In this document: piece by piece, positions 28,538-37,621 of the stretch | How the letters are laid out: each line of letters begins with the position of its first letter | Numbering within the stretch: position 1 is the stretch's first letter | IMG/VR virus record: IMGVR_UViG_2519899649_000001 | Coordinates: 24,117-88,116 of that record | DNA from: a virus | Taxonomy: Duplodnaviria; Caudoviricetes | Length of the DNA: 64,000 nt | Reading direction: 5' to 3' (one strand) | The notes under the pieces: model-generated | What the model saw: only the letters and a program-made list of their open reading frames with translations | Told to the model about the DNA's origin: nothing | Database searches by the model: none | Translations under genes and position numbers: made by a program

Positions 28538-29068
28538 ATGCCCGCACCCGGCTCCAACTGGCAACTCCTGCCCCCCTTCGGGCAGGGGGTGCCCGGTGCG
28601 CCGGTGCAGCAGGGAGGCGGCGGAACCCCGTCGTTCCGTAACTGGCTGGACGAATCCCGTTCCCGGCAGACCCCAAGGATCGGGCAGGCCGAATATCCCG
28701 ACGGGTACCTGGGCACGATCGTGACCCGCCGCGGGGACCGGGTGTTGTCCAGCGTGCAGGACCGCGTGAGCGCCGCCAACACCCAGCGCGGCGTTCACAA
28801 GGGCGAGATCATCGACCCGGCCGACTACAAGTGGCCTGCCGACTTCAACCCCGCCACCGGCCTGGAGTACCAGGCGCGCGGCCTGAAGTGGACCGCCCGC
28901 GGCAACGAGCCGGTGCACCTGGCTCACATGGGCAAGGTCAACGCTCCCTCGCCCGAGCAGGCGATGGCGATGCAGCGCCGCTACGGCTACGTGCCCTCGA
29001 TGCGGCACGACGGCATCGATCCCATCCGCGCCGACCGGATGCGACGTTTCCTACCGAGCTGGAGATGA
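28538..29068 (+). CDS. Hypothetical protein (probable virion component)
   Basis: AEYPDGYLGTI...RGVHKGE; strong codon bias. Confidence 0.6.
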   Translation: MPAPGSNWQLLPPFGQGVPGAPVQQGGGGTPSFRNWLDESRSRQTPRIGQAEYPDGYLGTIVTRRGDRVLSSVQDRVSAANTQRGVHKGEIIDPADYKWPADFNPATGLEYQARGLKWTARGNEPVHLAHMGKVNAPSPEQAMAMQRRYGYVPSMRHDGIDPIRADRMRRFLPSWR

Positions 29069-29253
29069 CCATGCGTTCTCCTCACCTGCTGCGCTGCGAA
29101 CCCGCCACCCAGCCCAACCCGCTGGAGCTGGAGCTGCGCCGCCTGGTTTACGGCCGCGGCCTGTCACGCGCCGCCGCAGGTCTGGTGATTCCGATGGTGT
29201 GGACCTTCGACGTGATCCTGGCGGCCATGTACTTCTCGGGAACGGCAGGCTGA
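29065..29253 (+). CDS. Small membrane protein
   Basis: ATGA overlap; hydrophobic C-terminus. Confidence 0.45.
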   Translation: MTMRSPHLLRCEPATQPNPLELELRRLVYGRGLSRAAAGLVIPMVWTFDVILAAMYFSGTAG

Positions 29254-29254
29254 G

Positions 29255-29626
29255 ATGGCCAGCCGCACGGTGATCCGGCCGCCCCGCCCGGCCGACCAGC
29301 TCGGCCGCCGCCCGATCGCCACCTCCGGCGCACCCGGGCCTACCCCGCGCGACCCCGACACCGTCTACGCCCCCAAACCGTGGGCCAGCAACGAGGAGCG
29401 CCTGGTCGACGACGCCCTCGCCACCTGGACCCTCCCGGCACAGATGCTCCGCGACATCCGCCCCCTGTACCCGCAGAAGCTGTTCCGCCCGCGTTTCGGC
29501 TACGAGAACCGCGCACTCGGCATCGACGACATCGCACGCGTGGACGAGCTGTACCAGCGCGTGGACTTCTCGGGGCGACGCTCGGGCTACCAGGGCACTT
29601 CGTTTCCGGCGCTGGGGATTTTCTGA
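29255..29626 (+). CDS. Hypothetical protein
   Basis: Adjacent packing; codon bias. Confidence 0.6.
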   Translation: MASRTVIRPPRPADQLGRRPIATSGAPGPTPRDPDTVYAPKPWASNEERLVDDALATWTLPAQMLRDIRPLYPQKLFRPRFGYENRALGIDDIARVDELYQRVDFSGRRSGYQGTSFPALGIF

Positions 29627-29679
29627 CCCATTTACCGGAGCTTGATCAAAAGCATCAGACCCTGAAACAGGAGGCGATC

Positions 29680-29946
29680 ATGGCGATAGGTGAAGGCAAG
29701 AGCCACAAGCGGCCGATGGCGGCAGGTGACCGGCGACGCGCCGGACACTCGGGCCGCGTGGTGCGCACCGTCGAAAGCTTCGACGGTGACCGCCGCGAGA
29801 AGCTCGGCGTGACCGCCGACATCCTCAACAAGGTCTTCGCCACCGGCGCCAAGGGAGCCAGCAAGGGCAAGACCAAGGTCTCCAAGGGCGCCGGGGGCGC
29901 TTCGGGAGCCAAGGGCAAGGGCAGCCGAGCCGGGAAGAAGGACTGA
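29680..29946 (+). CDS. Small Lys/Gly-rich basic protein
   Basis: AGGAGG RBS; KGASKGKTKVSKG tail. Confidence 0.6.
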   Translation: MAIGEGKSHKRPMAAGDRRRAGHSGRVVRTVESFDGDRREKLGVTADILNKVFATGAKGASKGKTKVSKGAGGASGAKGKGSRAGKKD

Positions 29947-29949
29947 GCC

Positions 29950-30204
29950 ATGGCCTACCCCGAGTGCCGCAGCATGAACGCCGACCTGTGGGCGGGCGCG
30001 ACCGACGGCCGCTACAAGAAGGTCATCCGCGACCGCGGCGGTTTCCCCGAACCCCTCACGCCGGTCATGCGCCAGGACCTGTACCCCACCTGGTACGGCA
30101 TCGTCGAAGCGCCGAAGAAGGTCGGCGTCTGCGGCAAGGAGTTCGAGACGCCCGGCTACATGCCGTCCTGGCCGTACAAGCCGCCCATGCCTTACCAGGG
30201 CTGA
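29950..30204 (+). CDS. Hypothetical protein
   Basis: Packed ORF; codon bias. Confidence 0.6.
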   Translation: MAYPECRSMNADLWAGATDGRYKKVIRDRGGFPEPLTPVMRQDLYPTWYGIVEAPKKVGVCGKEFETPGYMPSWPYKPPMPYQG

Positions 30205-30208
30205 ACCG

Positions 30209-30445
30209 ATGGCCTTGTTTCCTGTCTACGTCGTTGACGACGAGGGCAACCGCAAACCCATGGAATGTCCCGACTGGGTGCGCCGCCTTCACACCCAGCA
30301 GAAGGCCGACGAAGCCTTCGACAGCTTTCTGCGGGAACAGATGCGCGCACGCTACGCCGCGGAGCTGGCCGCCGACGGCATCGTGCCCCTCACTGATGAA
30401 GAATTCGACGCCCGCTACCCGAACCCTGTGAGGACTAAGCCATGA
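30209..30445 (+). CDS. Hypothetical protein
   Basis: Packed ORF. Confidence 0.55.
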   Translation: MALFPVYVVDDEGNRKPMECPDWVRRLHTQQKADEAFDSFLREQMRARYAAELAADGIVPLTDEEFDARYPNPVRTKP

Positions 30446-30615
30446 GCATCAGCGGCGACAGCCACAACGGCCACCTCATCGACCACGAGGGGAAGCGAAC
30501 GTCCCTGTCGGTGCAGGACTGGGTTGATCAGCAAAAGAAGTTCGCAGAGCTTGAACACTTCTTCTACAAGAAGTGCGTGGAGGAACTGGGCAAGAGCTTC
30601 AATTCCCAGCCCTGA
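30442..30615 (+). CDS. Small hypothetical protein (not in ORF track)
   Basis: ATGA overlap; 57 aa MSISGDSHNGHL... Confidence 0.45.
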   Translation: MSISGDSHNGHLIDHEGKRTSLSVQDWVDQQKKFAELEHFFYKKCVEELGKSFNSQP

Positions 30616-30707
30616 CGGCCTGAGCCTCCACCTGCCACTACCCCCCGACTCGAACGCGCCACCAGGCAGTGCCCCAACACCGGGCACGAACCACCATCGG
30701 GGGAATC

Positions 30708-31190
30708 GTGAGCGACACCATTCGGCTCCTGGAATGCCGCATCTGCAACACCGTTGAGGAGCTGCCCGCCTACGGCGGCCCCACCCAGTACGACGACACC
30801 CTCGAATACGCTGCCGCGCGTCACCGCCACCCCGAGGGCGAGAACGGCCAGCTGTACGTCGGCATCCCCGCCGCCGCGTGGCGGCAGCCATCCGAGCGCA
30901 CCAAGATCCTGGAGCTGCTGCGCGACAAGTCCGGCAAGGGCTTGGGCGATGACTTCTACAACGTCTCCAACACGCTGCGCGAAGACGCCCTGGCATGCTT
31001 CACCGCCCACCGCCGTCCCACTTTGTGCATCGACTACCGCGACGACTCCAAGCGCCTGCTCCCCGACACCGCCGCCCTGCGCAAGGAAGCCGGGCTCGCC
31101 AAACCCAAGGACCTCCCCGCCACCCGCTTTTTGTGCGACTTCTGCCCCGTGCAGAGCACTGTCAGCACCGCCCGCGACAAGGCGGCCTGA
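30708..31190 (+). CDS. Cys-containing hypothetical protein
   Basis: CRIC at the N-terminus and CDFC at the C-terminus; GGGGGA RBS. Confidence 0.65.
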   Translation: MSDTIRLLECRICNTVEELPAYGGPTQYDDTLEYAAARHRHPEGENGQLYVGIPAAAWRQPSERTKILELLRDKSGKGLGDDFYNVSNTLREDALACFTAHRRPTLCIDYRDDSKRLLPDTAALRKEAGLAKPKDLPATRFLCDFCPVQSTVSTARDKAA

Positions 31191-31222
31191 CGAGTCCTTG
31201 TCACCGATTGAGGGAGCCCGAA

Positions 31223-31828
31223 TTGGTAATTTCTGCGAGCCTGGCTGCTGCGGCTGTGTTGACCTTCAGTCCCGCCGCGCCATACAGACCCGCCGAACAG
31301 GGCGTGCGTCCGCATTCTGAACAGGCCGTCACTATGCGCGTGGCGGCCGAGAAAAACCGCAAGAACCGCATCAGCTACAACCGCACCAAGGCCACACGAA
31401 TGAACCGTGTGGCCTTTGCTTATTCCCGCTGGCAGCAATCAGCCGAAATCGCCGTGCGCTACGCCTTGGCCCAACGCGGCAAGCCGTACGCGTGGGGAGC
31501 AACCGGACCGCGCGCCTACGACTGCTCGGGTCTGGTCCAGCGCGCTTGGCGCGTGGCCGGCGTCACCATGCCGCGCGTCACCTACGACCAGTACCGCCGC
31601 ATTCCCCGCAAGGTGTCGCGCCGCAACCTGGCACCCGGTGACCTGGTGTTCTTCCACGGCCGTGGCCACGTGGGCATGTACATCGGCCGTTCCCGCTACG
31701 TGCACTCGCCCAAGACCGGCGACCACGTCCGCGTCGTGGTACTACGCGCCCGCCGCGATTTCGCCGGGGCCGTGCGCCCAGCCTGGCCGCTGTGGCTGAC
31801 CGACGCCGTCAGGCTCCGCCGCCGCTAA
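31223..31828 (+). CDS. Secreted NlpC/P60 peptidoglycan endopeptidase
   Basis: GKPYAWGATGP..YDCSGLV...PGDLVFF...HVGMY. The TTG start after GAGGGA gives a signal-peptide-like N-terminus. Confidence 0.85.
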   Translation: MVISASLAAAAVLTFSPAAPYRPAEQGVRPHSEQAVTMRVAAEKNRKNRISYNRTKATRMNRVAFAYSRWQQSAEIAVRYALAQRGKPYAWGATGPRAYDCSGLVQRAWRVAGVTMPRVTYDQYRRIPRKVSRRNLAPGDLVFFHGRGHVGMYIGRSRYVHSPKTGDHVRVVVLRARRDFAGAVRPAWPLWLTDAVRLRRR

Positions 31829-31934
31829 AGACCGATATGGCACCCCCGGGGGTTGAGGTCTATGCGGACTCACCTTTAACAAGGAAAGAGCACAGTCCCC
31901 CAGGGGTGCCTTCTTGAAAGACTACTACGTCCCG

Positions 31935-31998
31935 TAGATCAATGAGCGCCCCGGCTCGCACTAACAACGGCGAAAGCGCCGCGCTCACAATTGATCTA
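31935..31998 (+). promoter_or_regulatory. Long hairpin reaching the NTase start codon
   Basis: TAGATCAAT-GAGCGC pairs with GCGCTC-(ACA)-ATTGATCTA; the final A is the A of ATG 31998. Confidence 0.5.
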
Positions 31999-33005
31999 TG
32001 GACCAGTCCGTATATCTGGCGCGTGCCGCAGATCCTGCCATCGCCGTGACCGACGGAGCGTCGGGCTACTTCTCCGCGCCCGCCGACACGCTCGACCCCG
32101 CCTTGTTCTACGACCGGGTCGGCGGCGACGAGCTGCCGCGCATCAAATCCGGGGTCCGCTCGCAGATCATCTCGACGCTCATGGACTACTGGCGCGTCCA
32201 TTACAGCCAGCCCGACAAGTGGGCCACGCTGTGGATCGCCGGGTCCGGGGTCACCTACCAATGGGCGGGACCACGCGCCGCCGGTGACGCCCCCGGCGAC
32301 CTGGACGTGCTGATCGGCGTTGACTGGCCGTGCTTCTTCGAGCACAACCCCGACTATCAGGGCGTGGGCGCGCAGCTCACGGCCGCCGAGATGACCGAGC
32401 GCCTCAAGGCCGAGGTGTGGCCCTACACCGCCGACCAGCGCTTCGGCGAACGCCACTACGAGGTCACCTACTTCGTCAACCCCACCGGCAGCGACATCCG
32501 CGACATCAACGCCTACGCCGCCTACAACCTCACCAGCGACTCCTGGACGATCACCCCGCCCGCCCTGCCGTCCAATCCGCGCTCGATGTACCCGGCCGAG
32601 TGGGCGAACCAGATCCTGCGCGAGGCCGAGACCGCCCGCGAACTGATCGACCGCTACCGCGCCTCGGCGCGCGAGGTCAACGCGCTGCCCGAACGCTCGC
32701 CCGGGTGGGTCAACGCCTCTTCCCGTCTGCGCGTGGTCGTTGCCCAGGCCCAAGCCATGTTCGACGACGTTCACGGCGGCCGACGCGCCGCGTTCGCCCA
32801 GGGCGGCAAGGGCTACTTCGACTGGGCCAACTACCGGTGGCAGGCGCACAAAGAGTCGGGCGTGGTGTCCGCGTTGCGCGAGCTGGCCGCCCAGAACAAG
32901 GCCGCCACCACCTCCGTGCAGCAAGACCGCTACGGAGCCCAACTGTCGTCGGTGGACCAGCTGGTGACGCGCGCCGCCCTGTGGAGCCGAAGGGGACCGG
33001 CATGA
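31998..33005 (+). CDS. Pol-beta superfamily nucleotidyltransferase
   Basis: IAGSG...GDLDVLIGVD and a third acidic residue in YEVTYF. Confidence 0.75.
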   Translation: MDQSVYLARAADPAIAVTDGASGYFSAPADTLDPALFYDRVGGDELPRIKSGVRSQIISTLMDYWRVHYSQPDKWATLWIAGSGVTYQWAGPRAAGDAPGDLDVLIGVDWPCFFEHNPDYQGVGAQLTAAEMTERLKAEVWPYTADQRFGERHYEVTYFVNPTGSDIRDINAYAAYNLTSDSWTITPPALPSNPRSMYPAEWANQILREAETARELIDRYRASAREVNALPERSPGWVNASSRLRVVVAQAQAMFDDVHGGRRAAFAQGGKGYFDWANYRWQAHKESGVVSALRELAAQNKAATTSVQQDRYGAQLSSVDQLVTRAALWSRRGPA

Positions 33006-33493
33006 TCCGCTTCGCCCTCACCCTGGAAGGGGTGCTGCGCGCCGAAGGTGGCGAGAAGGTCATCGGTCACGGCGCGGCCCTGTTCGCCGGGCTGCAAGTC
33101 GAGGCGTGCGTGGCCGTCATCAGCGCTGTCTACCCCGAGCACGAGGCCGCCCGCTGGCTGCACGTGGAGAACTTCCGCGGCCACACCCACCTGATGTGCC
33201 GCATCGCCACCGACCCCGCCCCGAGCCCGGCCTGCTACGTGCGCCAAGTCCAGCGCCTGCGCCACACCGGCTGCCCGATCGACGTACTGGTGACCGCCGA
33301 CCCCGGGGCCGCAGCGCTCGCTCTGTCCAAGGGGATCACGACCGTCACCTTCTGTGAACCCGCCTACACGGTGCCCGAGCACCGCCCCGACTACGACGGC
33401 ACGGTCCGGCCGTGGTCAGCGCTGACCGCCGAGCTGCACCGGCAGCGCGAGCTGAAGGCAGGCGACCGCCGCCTGTCCGACGACCCCCACTGA
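33002..33493 (+). CDS. HAD-like fold protein, motif I degenerate
   Basis: FALTLEGVL in place of DxDGVL; LVTADP at motif IV; ATGA-coupled to the NTase. Confidence 0.5.
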   Translation: MIRFALTLEGVLRAEGGEKVIGHGAALFAGLQVEACVAVISAVYPEHEAARWLHVENFRGHTHLMCRIATDPAPSPACYVRQVQRLRHTGCPIDVLVTADPGAAALALSKGITTVTFCEPAYTVPEHRPDYDGTVRPWSALTAELHRQRELKAGDRRLSDDPH

Positions 33494-33505
33494 CGGGAGA
33501 CCACC

Positions 33506-34351
33506 GTGATCAACCTCGACATGATCAACAATCTGGCAGGCGACACCACCCGAGGCGGAGGCGCCCTGTCGTGGGGCGCCAACAAGCTCCAGAAGGTCGG
33601 CGAACGCAACATCAAGAACCAGCGCGCCAACCGCGCCGCCGAGGTCGCCGCCTTCAAGGACCGCCGCCGCCAAGCCGACCGCGCGTTCGATGAGAACACC
33701 CGCTGGCAGTCCTCGCCCGAGGGCAAGCAGTACATGCAGGACGTGCTGATCCGCCAGCAGGCACGCCAAGCCGAAGCGCGTCAGAACACCGGTGCCGGCA
33801 ACGGCACCGCCAACCGCAACGGCGCCGCCCAGCCCGCCGGACGCAAGGGCATGGCCTGGCCGCAGGGACAGGCCACCGGCACCAGCACAGGCTCGGGCAA
33901 CAGTTCGAGCAGCATGCGGAGCGCCCCCACCGAGACCGACCGCGCCCAGGCCGCCGAGCAGATGGTCAACCGACGCATCGGCGCGATGGAACGCATCGAG
34001 TCCCAGCAGGCAGCCTCCCGCAACGTCCAGGCCGAGATGACCGCCCGCTCCCGCGCCTACGGCGACCAGATGCGCGCCGACATCGCCGCACGCCGCGAAG
34101 CCGGAGCCTACGGCAACGCCATGTCGGGCATCGGCCGTGGCAGATCATCCACTGGCACCCCTGTGAGCGGCGGCATCCCCAGCGGGGACCCCCAAGTCGT
34201 CAACCGCGTCCAGGCGCAGTGGGCCAATGCCGCCGCCCGCCGCGAGCAGGTCCAGCAATCCACCGGCGGTAACGGCAACGCGCTACGCGCCGCCTCGACC
34301 GGCGACACCGACGCCCGCGCCCGTCTGCGTAACCAGATCCTCGGGGGCTGA
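33506..34351 (+). CDS. Low-complexity Q/A/R/G-rich protein (possible internal virion protein)
   Basis: Composition and codon bias. Confidence 0.55.
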   Translation: MINLDMINNLAGDTTRGGGALSWGANKLQKVGERNIKNQRANRAAEVAAFKDRRRQADRAFDENTRWQSSPEGKQYMQDVLIRQQARQAEARQNTGAGNGTANRNGAAQPAGRKGMAWPQGQATGTSTGSGNSSSSMRSAPTETDRAQAAEQMVNRRIGAMERIESQQAASRNVQAEMTARSRAYGDQMRADIAARREAGAYGNAMSGIGRGRSSTGTPVSGGIPSGDPQVVNRVQAQWANAAARREQVQQSTGGNGNALRAASTGDTDARARLRNQILGG

Positions 34352-34353
34352 CC

Positions 34354-35910
34354 ATGCGCTTGTACTTCACCGGCGGGGAAGTCCCCGGCTGGCGCAAACT
34401 GCTGCACAGCCGGGGCGCCCACGACATCGAGCTGTCCTACCACGGAATGCGCCGCCGCCGCGTCACCCCGGCCCGCATCAACGAACACCACCCCACCGAC
34501 CTACCCGACGGCGCCACCGAGTCGGTGCTGCTCAACAGCGGCGGCTTCTCCTTCAACAAGAACGAAGAGGACTACTCGCGCGAACAGCTGCTGGAGATCG
34601 CCGCCGACTACGTCACCTACGTGTCCGACAACCTCGACGACCTCGACCTGTTCATCGAGTTCGACGCCGCCCGCCTGGGCCCCGACTGGATCAATGCCCA
34701 ACGCCGCCAGGTCTGGGACCACATCGCGCCCGACAAGCTGGTGGTGGTGTGGAGAGCCGAAGACGGCTTGGGCGAACTCCAGCGCCTGTGCGACACCTAC
34801 TCCAACGTCGCCATCACCCAGACCGCCTTGACCTCCGAGCAGGGCGCGATGGACATCACCCCGCACCTGCCGCGCATCGTCGACACCACCGGCGTCCGGC
34901 TTCACGGATCGGGCATCACCCGCCCCGAGGTGATCGAACGAGTTCCCTTCGCCTCGGTGTCCTCGACCTCGTGGCTGAGCCCGTCCCACTACGGCGACAC
35001 CATCATCTGGGCCAACGGGCAGCTCAAGCGCTACCCCAAGAAGTACAAGGACCGCTCCCGCACCCGGCACCGGCAGATCTTCATCGACGCCGGACTCGAC
35101 GCCGAGGCGATCTGCGCCGACGACTCCACCGAAGTCCTGAAACTGTCCATCTGGTCGTGGCTGGCCTGGCGAGACCACCTCAACGCCGGGCAAGGAGTTA
35201 CTCGACCATGGAATGAGGGTTCCGCGCTGAACACGGAAAACACCCCCCAGGCAGTTGATACTCCGCCCGACCAGATGCGGAACTCCCAGTTGCCACTCGT
35301 GGGGGACTTTCCCGCCCCACCGGCCGCCCATCCGATCGCCCGCCGCCCGGCCCCGCGCAACCGCGAACGCCGGATGCTGCCGGTCGCCGCGATCGAGCAC
35401 GTCACCGACACCGCCGTAGACGTCGACGGCAACACCACCTCCCACACCCGCACCGAACTGCGCAGTGTGGGGGAGTCCCTGCGCGCCTGCGACTCCTGTT
35501 TTCTGGCCGCCCGCGGTTGCCCCGGGTTCGAGCCCGGCGCCGCATGCGTGTACGAGTTCCCCGCCCAGATCCGCGAAGCCCGCCAAGAGCTGGCCGCCGC
35601 CTACACGCTGCTGGAAATGCAGCTCCAACGCATCGCGATCGGCAAGATGGCCGAAGACCTGGCCGGAGGCTACCCCGACGCCAACCTGTCAGCGGAGATG
35701 GACCGCTACATGCGCATGGCCAAGGCAGTGCGCGAACGCGAGCAGACCGGCGTCTCCCTGAAGATCGAGGCCCACGGCGACGCCCCCGCCGCCGGGATCT
35801 TCTCCCGCATCTTCTCCCCAGCCGCCGCCCAGCAAGCGGGCCAGCTGGAACGGCCCCGTGCCACCGATGACGTCCTGCACCAGGTCCTCCAAGGAGAGAC
35901 CGCCGTCTGA
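34354..35910 (+). CDS. TGT/DpdA-like TIM-barrel protein with a C-terminal Cys-rich/helical domain
   Basis: LLNSGGFS (cf. DSGGFS), FIEFD, RLHGSG and PFASVSSTSW (cf. SVDSTSW); C-terminal CDSC...C...C. Confidence 0.6.
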   Translation: MRLYFTGGEVPGWRKLLHSRGAHDIELSYHGMRRRRVTPARINEHHPTDLPDGATESVLLNSGGFSFNKNEEDYSREQLLEIAADYVTYVSDNLDDLDLFIEFDAARLGPDWINAQRRQVWDHIAPDKLVVVWRAEDGLGELQRLCDTYSNVAITQTALTSEQGAMDITPHLPRIVDTTGVRLHGSGITRPEVIERVPFASVSSTSWLSPSHYGDTIIWANGQLKRYPKKYKDRSRTRHRQIFIDAGLDAEAICADDSTEVLKLSIWSWLAWRDHLNAGQGVTRPWNEGSALNTENTPQAVDTPPDQMRNSQLPLVGDFPAPPAAHPIARRPAPRNRERRMLPVAAIEHVTDTAVDVDGNTTSHTRTELRSVGESLRACDSCFLAARGCPGFEPGAACVYEFPAQIREARQELAAAYTLLEMQLQRIAIGKMAEDLAGGYPDANLSAEMDRYMRMAKAVREREQTGVSLKIEAHGDAPAAGIFSRIFSPAAAQQAGQLERPRATDDVLHQVLQGETAV

Positions 35911-35952
35911 TCCGTGGAGTAACTCCACGCCGCTTCGACCGAGAGGGAAACC

Positions 35953-36318
35953 ATGATCACCGATATCGGCCGCGTCATCGCCGCGGTCCTGGCCGTCGCC
36001 ACCCTGGGCGGCGGCCTGTTCGTCAGCCGCTCAGCCAGGGTCTTCAACGACGGACTCAACGCCTGGTGGGACCTGGCCGCCATCGTGCTGACCCTGCTGG
36101 TGCTGGCCGCCCTGCTCACCCGTGCCGTCACCGGCACCGCCCGCGGCTGCGCCCTGTTGCTGGGCGGTGCCTACATGGGCGGGCTGACCATCGCCCACCC
36201 GCTGGCCACCGGCGCCTACGGCATCGGATTCTTCGGCCTCACCCTGGTCTTCGCCGCCTGCGCCGGGCTGGGCATAGCGTCCTGGCGCATCCTGGACCGG
36301 GGAGCCCGCCATGCATAA
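35953..36318 (+). CDS. Multi-pass membrane protein (holin-like candidate)
   Basis: Three to four hydrophobic segments. Confidence 0.55.
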   Translation: MITDIGRVIAAVLAVATLGGGLFVSRSARVFNDGLNAWWDLAAIVLTLLVLAALLTRAVTGTARGCALLLGGAYMGGLTIAHPLATGAYGIGFFGLTLVFAACAGLGIASWRILDRGARHA

Positions 36319-36406
36319 CGCCGAGATCGCTGCGACTATCTCCACCATCATCATCACCGTGCTGGGCTGGCTCCTGGACCGCTACTTCCCGTCCAGCAAG
36401 CCCTGA
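36311..36406 (+). CDS. 31-aa membrane peptide
   Basis: MHNAEIAATISTIIITVLGWLLDRYFPSSKP, overlapping the previous gene. Confidence 0.4.
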   Translation: MHNAEIAATISTIIITVLGWLLDRYFPSSKP

Positions 36407-36415
36407 AATCGACAA

Positions 36416-36446
36416 CGCCCCCGAAGAACCGGTGTCTTCGGGGGCG
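36416..36446. terminator. Hairpin at the convergence of the + and - gene blocks
   Basis: CGCCCCCGAAGA-accggtg-TCTTCGGGGGCG, 12-bp perfect stem. Confidence 0.7.
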
Positions 36447-36463
36447 AGATCCATCCCAGGGGA

Positions 36464-36958
36464 CTACGACTCACCCTTGCGCAGTTGAGTCAACCGAACG
36501 TGCGACACACCGAGCTTGCGTCCCAGCGGACGCAACGCCACCTTTCCCTGCGCTTCCTGCAAGAACTGGACCACACGCTGCTTGCTCTCCGCGCGGGCCT
36601 CGATCGCCGCGCGCCAGTCACCCCACGCCGCCGCGGCGGCATCGGACAGCGCCGACTCGTCCTTCAGCAACTCCAGCGCGTCATCGGCACTCAGCTTTGC
36701 GGCCTTCAGCCAGTCCAGCTGCGTGCCCTTGACCCGGTCGCGCATGTCGAACAGCGTCTGGTGGACCGCCCCCAGCCGCCCGGCCAGCGCATGCACCACC
36801 AGTACATCCTGCCCCAGCTTCAGCAGAGCCGAAAAACGAGCGAGCGCCTGGTCTTCGGCCTCCCCGGCGGCCTTGTATTCTCGCCACGCGGTGATGATCT
36901 TGGCTTCCAGCGCCGTGATGTCGGCCTCAGTTTCGGCGGTGTTGTTCATGTCCCCCAT
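36464..36958 (-). CDS. Protein with an internally duplicated helix/HTH module
   Basis: AW..(Y/W).AA...L...LG..H..L occurs twice. Confidence 0.55.
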   Translation of the reverse strand: MGDMNNTAETEADITALEAKIITAWREYKAAGEAEDQALARFSALLKLGQDVLVVHALAGRLGAVHQTLFDMRDRVKGTQLDWLKAAKLSADDALELLKDESALSDAAAAAWGDWRAAIEARAESKQRVVQFLQEAQGKVALRPLGRKLGVSHVRLTQLRKGES

Positions 36959-36971
36959 ATCTTTCAGGATC

Positions 36972-37358
36972 TCACGCCTGCCCGGACGGCTCGCCCGCAC
37001 CCAGCTCCTCCAGCCGGAACTCGGGCAGGTCACCCCACTTCTCGCGGGCCTCCTCCAACGTCAGCAGCGACCCTTGCTCGCAGGTGGAGACTCTGCCCGG
37101 TGCGTAGTAGCCGTTCCCGTAGGACATGGCTGTCGGGTCCTCGGCGACGATCTTCGCTTCGACCAGCCCCGCCAGCTCGCCTGTCCCCTTGCCGGGCTCG
37201 TCGCCCGGCTTCTGGAACCGCACATGCCTGGTGATCCGCACCACCAGGTAGTTCTCGTAGACCAGTCCCGGATCGTTCTTCTTACAGTCGAGCACCATGA
37301 CCGTCCCCACCGGGAAGGTCTCGGCGAACCGCGTCTCGCTCATCCTCTTGGTCGGCAT
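36972..37358 (-). CDS. Hypothetical protein
   Basis: GGAGCG RBS; codon bias. Confidence 0.6.
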   Translation of the reverse strand: MPTKRMSETRFAETFPVGTVMVLDCKKNDPGLVYENYLVVRITRHVRFQKPGDEPGKGTGELAGLVEAKIVAEDPTAMSYGNGYYAPGRVSTCEQGSLLTLEEAREKWGDLPEFRLEELGAGEPSGQA

Positions 37359-37369
37359 CAGGGCCGCTC

Positions 37370-37621
37370 CTACTCGTAAGTGTGGGTCTTCCAGACCCGC
37401 TCGAACATCTCCGCCGGCAGCCGGTCATCGGGGCCGAGGCCGCGGGCGGACAGCTGCACGTCCGCGTCGGCCTCGTACCAGGTAGTGGCGAGCCCGTGAT
37501 ACTTCTCGACCACCACCCTGCGGCCGACGACTGTCGCGCGGCGGACCAGCACGAAGTTCGTGCTGACCCCCACACGCAGCAGGTCACCCCGGCGCAGCTT
37601 CCACGCCTTGGTGTGGATCAC
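37370..37621 (-). CDS. Hypothetical protein
   Basis: GTGA overlap with the upstream gene. Confidence 0.55.
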   Translation of the reverse strand: MIHTKAWKLRRGDLLRVGVSTNFVLVRRATVVGRRVVVEKYHGLATTWYEADADVQLSARGLGPDDRLPAEMFERVWKTHTYE

